A stretch of DNA of 64,000 bases, taken from assembly GCA_032718475.1 (NCBI GenBank), contig JAUCBJ010001051.1, positions 1-64,000 of the forward strand, written 5' to 3'. The position numbers and the translations under genes were made by a program. The notes beneath the pieces were generated by a model. The model was given only the letters and a program-made list of their open reading frames with translations. It searched no databases and was not told the DNA's origin. Positions 10,639 through 20,900 of the stretch are shown piece after piece; within the stretch, counting starts at the first letter, position 1; every line of letters begins with the position of its first letter. The DNA comes from Nemertoderma westbladi. Lineage: Eukaryota > Animalia > Xenacoelomorpha.

Positions 10639-11051
10639 GATGATGAATAGCCAAATTGACAAATTGTAAACGCAAAAGTTTAAAATGAAATGTAAAGTTT
10701 AAAATTAGCGTCTTGTGAAATAAATCATGTAAAATTATTCGAGCTCAAAACTGATGAGGAATGAAGGTCCCATCTCGGTTTATATAGCATCAGCGCAGAG
10801 GGAGCAACGCAACAGTTTCAACGAGCGGCGGCTTTAATTAAAGGGCTCCCCAGTGATAAGTCGTTAGGAGCCAGTAGTAATTAAATATCGGTAATAACTA
10901 TGGGATATAGCATATGAATGTTAGCCTTATTTGGGCCCTCAAGCTTATTAGCAATAGAGATATCTCGCTTGCCGGCCGGCCCTCATGCAAATTTAGCGGC
11001 GCCAAGGCTAACGGGGCACCTCGAAGACAGTCTGGCTATAGTAGAGTAGAA

Positions 11052-11882
11052 TGGATATACGAGTCCATAGCTAAAATACATCTGCCATGGAGCCTTCGCG
11101 TAGCACTATGCTCACCAAATATATTTATAATTCTCTGGATATACGAGTCCATAGCTAAAATACATCTGCCATGGAGCCTTCGCGTAGCGGTAGCACTATG
11201 CTCACCAAATATATTTATAATTCTCTATCCGCGAAATTTTCAGGAATTTTAAATTTTGGCCGTCGCTTCGCGGAAAAATAAAAAGTAAACACAAAATAGG
11301 ATATACAGATTGTCATAGATTTGATTCCCTATCTCGACCAGGGTCATTATGACCCTCCCCCGATATTTATACAATATTTTATAGGCCGGTAGTATTGGGG
11401 TTATTATGTGACTCATGAAAATAAATCTTAAATACAATACAAATGCTCCATCTTGGAGAAGTGGATGCAATGTATTTACAAAACGAGTGTGGATCAGGAT
11501 AGTTTTCGTTAAGGTTTCACCTTGGTGAAGTGGAAGCATTGTATTTACATTTCGAGTACCATTTTTATTGAAACTATGGGGCATTTTATATTAGCCGATT
11601 TTTCAAAATTTGTAAAGTTTTGAGGGTTTTTATGAAAAATATAGGGATTTAGGGATTACCATTCAAATTGACTACGAAGAAGGCATAGGGATCATTAATG
11701 GTGTGCTGAGACTCAGAAATTTTCAGGAATTTTAAATTTTGGCCGTCGCTTCGCGGAAAATATAAAAAGTAAACACAAAATAGGATATACAGATTGTCAT
11801 AGATTCGATTCCCTATCTCGACCAGGGTCATTATGACCCTCCCCCCCGATATTTATACAACATTTTATAGCCCGGTAGTATT
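11052..11882 (+). repeat. Local duplications inside the element (~85-bp tandem 11052-11226; 11235-11400 = 11717-11882)
   Basis: Direct sequence identity. The ORF track shows a repeated peptide (WIYESIAKIHLPWSLRVA x2). Confidence 0.85.
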
Positions 11883-12491
11883 ATGATTAAAGCTACTAAA
11901 CTAAAACATAACAAAGTGCAATTATCCTATCTGTTCCAACTCAGTGTCACTAGTTTAGATAATATACTATAATAATAGTGATAGCAGATGCTTTTAATTT
12001 CGCGATGAAATAATGTCAGCAAACGAAATATAGTGAATACATCATAGATAGAATTTTAAATTTTGCAGTTGCATGGAGTGATAACCCTTAGGTGAAAGCT
12101 AAATTTGCTCTACTTTAATCAAATGGGGCATTAAAGCTATGAGTGTATTTTCCTCTACATCCTCCCTCGATCTTACACAAACCTGGGTGAAAGGCAGTTG
12201 GAGGGCTATCATTCCCATCATATGCGGTCCTCCCTTTAATGTTTCATTGATCTATTCATAGTCGCCTTTAAGAATTTCTCGGGAAAATAAGGATGAGGGG
12301 CTATCACTTTCAACCCATGCGGCCCTCCCTTTCATGATTTCATTGAACTATCCATAGTATGAACAATCAAACCAAAGCCTTTGAATATCCTCGCGGCTTA
12401 TCAGCGGCGCCATGGCTAACGGCTTAATATTAACAGTGAAGCATCTAAAAGACAGAGTGTCTATGATAGGGCAGAATAGCATACTTACAGC

Positions 12492-12689
12492 CTAGAGGTG
12501 GTCGCCCTGAAAACTTTGCTCGCCATCAATACATACAAAGCATCGCTTGATGGATAGAGTAATAGGGTGGATATTTTCATTTTGGTGAATATAATTTATA
12601 GCATTAATCACGAAAATCGCTAAATAATATATTTTAATTAAAATCAACTCTGATAAACAACTTGCATATCGAGTTTGTAAAGAATTCAT
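12492..12689 (-). pseudogene. Degenerate, deleted paralogous fragment of the 13037-14711 orphan gene
   Basis: ggatagagtaatagggtggatattttcattttggtgaatataattt resembles 13241-13287; tctgataaacaacttgcatatcg resembles ~13670-13695. Confidence 0.55.
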
Positions 12690-13036
12690 AAGGATTGGCT
12701 GTTTATTTAGGGGTTAACATGCAAATTGATTATGAGCGAGCAATAGGGTCATTAATGGTATGCTGAGACTCACTTACTTCATGGCTCGCTCTCATAGAAT
12801 AGATTAACTAGTAGAGAAAAATGAAAAATAACCGGTTAAACATCTTATATTTTTTAAACAATATGGGGAAACAAGAATAAATAATTTACCGACAACATCA
12901 ATATTAAATAATATAACAACAACGGATAAATAATTTACCAACAACATTAATAATAAATAATATAAGAACATCAACAATAACAAAAGATATAATCAGAACA
13001 GTTTTTAATAAATAGAGACTGTTTATATTAATAGGG

Positions 13037-14711
13037 TTACTGGCCTCCGAGAATAACTGGTTTAACCCTTTTAGGGTCCGATACTATTAATGGTTGCGAT
13101 AATTTTCTCTTTAATAGATTGTTGAGATAGCCTTTTCTTGGGGGGTGAAATAGATTAAGGTGTGTTTGCTGCGGGAGAAAGATGCCTTCTCTGAGAGAAC
13201 GTTTTAGTAATTCGAAAAGGCGCGCGATGGTAAAGTCGTTGGATAGGGTGATAGTGTTGGTATTTTTCGTATTGGTGAATATAATTTCTGCTGGTTTGTT
13301 CTCGATATGAATGTAAGGACTGAGATAGTAGTGAGAGTTGGGTGGGTTGGTTATATTTATCGCGAGAAAATCGCTGCCCCTAATATTGAGACCGTTGGTG
13401 AACTGAAAAGTGGTATTCTCTTCGTCTTTCATTAAAATGGGCCAGATACCAACATATTTTTCGGATTTGAACTTATAGATAAAGGCTGCGATACTGCTAT
13501 TTATGAGATAGCGCTGGTGATTGGGGATTGTAATCTGCTTCGGTTTGAAAGCAAATTGTATAGCCATAGCCTTGAATCTGATTAGAGCCTCGCGCGCTTG
13601 AATCGTGTTAGCTATAGTAAAGGATTCGTTAAATTTTCTCTCGGTTATCTGTAAATCAATTTCTGAATCACTGATACAACTTTGTAACGATATTCGCTCG
13701 GAAATGTTGTCTTTGTATACGTTAAGTTCATCGTAGCAGACACATTCACTATCCTCGACGGTTGAATCGAACCATTTCAATTCGCCGACCTCGCTTGGTG
13801 TAAGAAGAATCATGCCCCTAGAAGAAACAATAGCCTTTCCATCGTCAACCTCGTAGCCATTGGTGATCGCTAAATTGCGCTCGTTCCGAATATTTGTAAC
13901 AAACCCAAAAGTGCAATAGTCAAAAGCAACCCAATTACCCGGTTTTAGGACAAGGTGAGTAGTAGGATTAATAAAAGGGCGACAGATGTTTACATATTGT
14001 TGAAATAAATTGGCGCAGGCGATGGAAAATGTGATCCATGAACTGTTTACCGTGTCTTCCAGCTTTATTAACTCGAGTGGTTTCACTGGGTTAATACTTC
14101 CATAGGTGCCAACTCTATAATTGAATCCAAAGTAATAGGAGACTTTATTGGCGAAAAAGCATGTGAGCTCATTCAATTTCTCGCCGAAAGCGAGAACATC
14201 CTTGTCGAAAAGTTTAAAGAAACGAGTCTCCTCTTCCTCGGTCGGAGTCGACGAGTTCCAGATGAGAAGAAGAATCGAGTTTGCGATACTATGAAAATCA
14301 AATAAGCGATCATCGGAGAAGAAGGAGGTTACGAGAGTGGTTAAACCCAGTAGACGATTTGCCACATCTTGGTTGATGTTTTCTCGAATAAAACGTCTCG
14401 GGCGAAGTAGTTAGATTGAACGTGATTTTGTTGTCCCTTTTTAAAAGTTTGAAACCGTGGTTGGAGGAATGAAATTTATTATCGTCGAGGGTTTGATATT
14501 GTCCATCGTGAAGTTCGTAGCAGGCGCGGAAAATAAAGTGCGCGTAGTTTGCCGGAATCGGGATGGGTTGGTTTAAGGTTGTATTTATCGTTAACGGGAA
14601 GAGTTTGTTCGCCGGATCGAAATATAGACCAAACGAGTTGTCTTGTAGCATAAACTGATTTTCGTTGCAAACCAGATCGTTGCTTGAATAGCTGATTTCT
14701 GAATGTGCCAT
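13037..14711 (-). CDS. Orphan ~557-aa protein (two ORFs joined by a single frameshift at ~14391) with C-terminal basic NLS-like segment
   Basis: ORF 14711-14310 (...SPETF) continues in the +1 frame as IRENINQDVANRLLG... into the 442-aa ORF, at a T4 run. It ends LLKRKLSQPLIVSDPKRVKP. Confidence 0.65.
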
Positions 14712-14824
14712 CGTGATTGTGTACCGGTAACTCGTTTAGGAAATAAAAATAAATAAATACTTTTACGAAAATAATTAGAACTTTTCAGGAAAACAAAGAG
14801 ACAATGATTGGGAATGTGGTGAAC

Positions 14825-14930
14825 GGGGGCTATTATAGAGGGGGCTAGAATGGGTTAGCCAATCAGGGAACAGGAGGGAGAAAAGACTGTATAATTAAAC
14901 CAATCAGAGAGCAGCTTTGATGACGTCACA
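14825..14930 (-). promoter_or_regulatory. Putative promoter of the right-arm gene
   Basis: Two CCAAT boxes (agccaatcag ~14857, aaccaatcag ~14898), TGACGTCA (CRE) at ~14920 and TATAATA on the minus strand at ~14831-14837. Confidence 0.45.
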
Positions 14931-15059
14931 TCAGGCGAGATAATGATTGCCCAATGTTATTCAATGGTAGACAGAGTGGCGCCATTGAATAACGAAGACA
15001 AAGGGGCCGCGAGAGGAAAGATTATAAAGTTAACGATAAGGGATCTATAAACCATAGAG

Positions 15060-15821
15060 CTAAAAATAGACATTATGTCATAGTGATCTCATTGGTAATA
15101 TAAAAACTAATTAATCTAAAAATAGAAATCAATGTATAAAGTAAAAGTAATACAATTAATTAATTTAAAATAAAGTACAAATGAATAAATAAAGTCAAAT
15201 AGAATACAAATAATTAATTAAAATTAGGTACAAATAAATAGTTAAATTGAAAATAACAAAGTTAGAGAAGATGTTAATTTTCAGGTAATACGCCCTCTAG
15301 CGGCAGACTATGGAACTGCAGGCGGTTGGATATAGATAAGAGTAATTAGTTACCAGTAAGGGAGCTGTATACCCATAAAGTACAAATGAATAATTAATTT
15401 AGAATTAAATACGAATAAAATAAAATGCAAATAATTAATTAAAATTAAATATAAATAAATAGATATTAATGAATAAAAGAGCTGCGGTGTCACTTATGAC
15501 ACCCTCTTGAGCCGGCTCTGTGACACTTGGACCTAACTGATGACCCATTGTGTGTCAGGGCGCTAATCAGTCTGATTAATTAGGATAATCAATTAAACCC
15601 TAATTAGGAGTCATATGACACCTGTTAGGGTTTAATTGTACTAATTAATTGATGACACCTGTCAATTAGGGTCTAATTAGCCTAATTGGGAGGTGTCACC
15701 CAGACAGTCTGGCGCCAATGACACCCAATGACACCCATAGGGTGATAATTGGGTGTCATATGACACCCAATGGGTGTCAGTTAGGTCCAAGTGTCACAGA
15801 GCCGGCCAAGACCCTACTACT
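15060..15821 (-). repeat. Right terminal inverted repeat with terminal multi-hairpin
   Basis: Inverted match to 1-250, interrupted by ~220 bp (~15240-15460) absent from the left copy. A perfect 30-bp stem (15511-15540/15777-15806) encloses several palindromes. Confidence 0.85.
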
Positions 15822-16886
15822 ATAAGCGTTTTAAAAAAGTGTCTTTTGTGAAATCGCACCCTCTGTATCATTGCCATTCTTCACTTTAGTCGTAATTTTT
15901 CACATCAATAGAAAGCTTGCGTTGCAAGGATTCCAAATATGTAGCAATGGCTGAATTTCATTGAGTAACAGCTGAGAAATAGGCGTTCAAAGATTGCAAG
16001 AATTATTGTTCTCTGAAGGCCATTTATTCTATTTAATAAATACACAATATCTAGAACGTGTTATTTATTTTATGAGTTGGTTGGCAACAGCGGTATGAAT
16101 ATTCAATATCTATATTATTATTATTATTATTTCAATCCGGTATAAGGCCCCGGTGGCTTTAATTAGTTAAAGGGTCGGACGACATACTAATGATTTCACT
16201 TGCACATAAAGATAAGAATCATTGAAAACTGAATCACAAGTGGCGTATGGTATAAGAAGGTAAGACAAGACAAACAATGTTCAAATATCTAGAATCTCCT
16301 GAATAAGTGGCCTTCGGATATTAAACTTTACTCCATTTTTCCATAGATAATTTTTAAATGCAGTATTTTATAACTCTCTCGGGGTGTTAGGGTGATGCAG
16401 GTGCTTTTAAGTTTACTAAGACAAGACTTTATGGCGTATTTATGAACTGCAAGAGATGTAAGACTCGGGATGTTGGATTCCCATCATGAAGATGTTATAG
16501 GTTGAGTATAATTTAACATCACCCTGGCCAGTAATGTTCACTCCAAGTAGATAATAGAACAGATACATTACTTTTTTATTGCCGCAATTGAATGTATTAT
16601 ATATAGTGCGACATTGGTATTGCGTAGCTAATCATACATAAACAAATTGTTCCAGAATATTGCGTATTTATTAAATAGAATAAATGGCTTGCAGCGAACA
16701 ATAATTCTTGCAATCTTTGAACGCCTATATCTCAGCTGTTTCTCAACGAAATTCAGACATTGTTACATATTTGGAATCCTTTCAACGCAAGCTTTCTATT
16801 GATGTGAAAAAATTACGACTAAAGTGAAGAATGGCAATGATACAGAGGGTGCGATTTCGCAAAAGACACTTTTTTAAAACGCTTAT
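15822..16886. mobile_element. Non-autonomous foldback/MITE-like element with ~235-bp TIRs
   Basis: ataagcgttttaaaaaagtgtcttttgtgaaatcgcaccctctgtatcattgcc... is inverted at 16650-16886. Confidence 0.8.
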
Positions 16887-17964
16887 AAATAAAATTTAAG
16901 GCAAAATCGAAAATTCCGGCTTCATGGTAACAACCACGGTGAGTTGAACTAGTTGTGTTTCAAATTTCAAGCAATATGATAAAGATTTGTAAAAAAAATT
17001 TGGGGGGGGGGGGGGGGCGGGGGTCCGTCATCAGAAAATGACACTATATTACGGGTCATGGTGTATATAGATTTTATATACTTTGTGATTATTACTTTAT
17101 TTAGGTTGGTGTATCTACAGTACCGTGTACCTAGGCCCCTCACTATGTACCGTGTTACATTATTTTGTATAATTCCTGATTTCAGTATTTACACAGTCTG
17201 CACAACATTCAATTATGTAGTATTGTGGCAATGCGAGAATTGCCACTTTAAGCAATATTTAATTTCCGAGTGCTATATCGCTAGTCCATAATCTGATAAT
17301 CATGGTATACAGCTTGCAGTAATGTACAGCAGTACAGAGATATAGATAGCATTACGATAAAAACCTAATCATCTAAGTCGTGCAGTCTGACAGCGGTACC
17401 CGAAAGTGAAAGTAAATTAACGCAGAGCCACCTAGCAGGTATTCCGAGTATGCTTTCTAGCGTCCGCCATAGTATTTTCTATTATTATTGCCATTGATAT
17501 TTGTGTAATATCGAAACGTTTGGATAATTAATAAAATTCTTAATAAATGATATTGACGTTATTTTGTTGAAATTTGGCTTAATCAGAATATCTTCGGAAG
17601 AAATTCTTCTAAAAATGCTTAACGAGACGTTTTGGTTGGACCTTTGCTTGCTTGCTTAGTTCTAAAATGGCTGCAATCTATTTTACGCGAGAAATGTTCA
17701 GACAAACAGGATGCAGGGTCGTCTGAACTTATATTCCCGATAAATTTATATTAATGGCAAAAATTCACTTTTGCCATTCGGAGCCATTTTGGGGCCAATT
17801 TAAAAAATGTTTGGTTTAGCTATTCTTAAACAGCCCAGACGATTTTTAGTAGGACAACAAATATTTTCACCCAATTTTAGGGTCCAGAGACTTCAAAAAA
17901 TGATCTTCCATTTGGGGTGCTACCCCCCCCCCCCCCCCTAACTTGTTATCACCTAACTTTGCAG

Positions 17965-20900
17965 ATAACAGCATGAATTCCACACTGAGTGATTCAATGG
18001 ACGACAGTTCACGGGGATCTCTAGAACTTATGCCATCTAACGAGCCTAAATCACATCGTAAATCATCCGCCAAACAACCCGTCCCACCGCCAGAGGGCTA
18101 CGTCTGCGAGTGGCTAAACTGTAACAAGTCAGTTAATATTTAACATAAATCATTTAAAAGTTCTAAAGTGGAGGAACCTTCAGACTACACATACACTACG
18201 GACAGGGCGTACATTTATTTTTATGAAATCTGTTAGCTGCTAATTTTTATTGTGCGATAAAAGACATGTTAATTTTACTTGAAATTGTAAATATCCATTA
18301 TACATACATATTGTGTAATGCAGTACCGCTTGGGGGCGCCTCTCCGCCAAGTAAAACCTTTCAAGTTCGCGAACTGACTCAATTCATCGAGAGACTGCGT
18401 GGATGATTTCTGAGTCAAAATAAATTGGGTAAAATAAATAGTAACGATGGGTAATAATCCTTTGGTCCTTTACATCTAACACGTTCGTGGGGCCTTCGCG
18501 CAGCACGAGCCTGACTACCTAGTACACTACGTGTTTGATGCGTCGTCCATCAGTTTGGTTGAATTTCATCAATGATTGACTGACTTATTTCGGTTTTTAT
18601 CAAAAGTCTGATACTAAATACCGGTACCGACTGACAGATTGTCGGAATTTGACCAAACTTGAAGAGTATTTGTAAACTTTTAACGGACTACATACGTACC
18701 AAGTTTGGTTTAATTTCATCAAGGAATTACCGAGTTAATGGCGATCAAAAATTAGACGACGACAGACGACTCGTTTATGGTACCCATATGCTAAGGCTTC
18801 ACTCACTTCGTGGTTCGCCCCACCACGGACGGACATATTGTTAGAGTTGTATTTAACGAAAAGTAGCTCTGTTTTTATTGTATCCATCAATTTTATTTCA
18901 ACTATATCAATAGCACAGCTAGTAAAATATAGAGATACATTATTATAGACATAGTGGAATATTCTAATACAATCTAGTAAATATCCAAAACAAAAGAATT
19001 CTGATTATATATAATATGTAACTAATTCAATCGGTTTGGTTTGTCCGTTAATACGTCCGTTTATTCGTTCATGCGTGTTCGTCTGTCCGTCATTAGGTTT
19101 ATCGGATGGTTTGTCAGTCTTTGGGCTCTCCTGTCTGTCTGGCAGTCTCTGGTCAGGTCGGTCTGTTTGTCCTGTACAGATTTCTTTCCTGGACAGTCTA
19201 TTGGCTCTAATGATTGACAAGTACCTCTTTATGTACCAAAATGAGTTAATTATTATTTGCAATAGAGTTTATTATAGATCGCCAATCCCCCCCCCCCCCC
19301 CCCCAACGTCCCCCATCCCTCCCATCCCGTTTATCCCTGGCCTCGGTCCACTACAGATCTCCCATCCCCCCAACGTCCCCCATCCCGTTTATCCCTGGCC
19401 TCGGTCCACTACAGATCTCCCATCCCCCCAAGGTCCCCCATCCCTCCAACGTCTCCCATCCCCCCAAGTCCCCCATCCCGTTTATCCCTGGCCTCGGTCC
19501 ACTACAGATCTCCCATCCCCCCAAGGTCTCCCATCCCCCCAACGTCTCCCATCTCACCATCCCGTTTATCCCTGGCCTCGGTCCACTACAGATCTCCCAT
19601 CCCCCCAAGGTCCCCCATCCCTCCCATCCCCCCAAGGTCCCCCATCCCTCCAACGTCTCCCATCCCACCATCCCGTTTATCCCTGGCCTCGGTCCACTAC
19701 AGATCTCCCATCCCCCCAAGGTCCCCCATCCCTCCAACGTCTCCCATCCCACCATCCCGTTTATCCCTGGCCTCGGTCCACTACAGATCTCCCACCCCCC
19801 TTATTCCTGGCCTCGGTCCACTACAGATCTCCCATCCCCCCAAGGTCCCCCATCCCCCCAACGTCTCCCATCCCACCATCCCGTTTATCCCTGGCCTCGG
19901 TCCACGCCTTCGCTATTGTTCTCTTCATCTCATCGTCCCCCTCGTCGTACATGTTCTTCATTAAGTTCATTATCCCGGCAGACGGATCATCCTTATCCGA
20001 AGGTTTTACTTCCGGTTTCGGTTTGGTCGGTTTCTTCTGTAAACCGTCCCATCTAAATAAAACAGAAATAATATATATGTAGTTTTCAACAAGACAAAGA
20101 TTAATAATTAGTCCCACTATAAGTGTTAGAAGATTGGACTGTTGGGACACTGTCCCAGTCTTACAACAATATATTGTTGCTAGAATCCGCACCCCACGTT
20201 GATACAGTTTTGTTGCGCACGAAGTTACAGACATTGGCTGTTTGGAGAAAGAATATCTGTAAGCTAAGCTAAACGACCCTGTTAGAGCTGCGCAGAGTAG
20301 TTGATGAATAAAAGGTAGTCAGTCAGTCGACAATCATTGGATTCGATTAGTAGACATACTGACATACGTTGTCTGTCAGACTACCGTACAAGCTACAACA
20401 GAATAACACACGGTTGACTCAGATTTTAGTGACAAAAAAAAACTTAAATTAGGTACCAAAATCAGGCATCTGTTACGGTAGGCCTACCTTATTAAACGAG
20501 TTACCGGTAGGAAAAATCAGGCAGTGCTATAAAACTATTAAAAACAATGGACTAACTTTCCGGAAGAGGATTTAGTTAGTGTGACAACGATCATATCCGT
20601 TTTAATCCGGTAACTCGATTTCTCCGGGAGGATTTTTCCACTGAGGTCGGCCACATACAGACTGTATAGCCGGTTGCCAAGACTGCCGACTAGCAGGTCT
20701 ACCGCGGTGGCTGAGTAGGCGCACTGTATGGCGGCCGGGTCAGCTTTGTGGACGTTATCCAAGGTGACGTAGAGTTTCACGGATTTATCGTTCTGGTCCC
20801 ACCCGTATTGGGTTATCTTTGTGGTTTCCGAGGGCGAGTAATCCAGACGTCTGGGTTTCGCGTCGCCGTTGGTTGTCGACGCGGTTTCTCTTCTCTCGAC

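Larger units (their letters stand above)
1..15821. mobile_element. Polinton/Maverick-like element (pPolB-encoding, apparently lacking integrase and capsid); left end upstream of window
   Basis: Positions 1-~70 are the reverse complement of ~15465-15533, and ~75-250 match ~15060-15240 inverted. The right end terminates in CCCTACTACT, the complement of the AGTAGT-type Polinton terminus. A pPolB gene lies inside. Confidence 0.85.

Noticed and set aside
19036-20082. 348-aa Pro-rich ORF (and the 19351-19755 antisense ORF)
   Set aside because: Artefact of the CACYBP 3' minisatellite and the antisense strand of the CACYBP exon.
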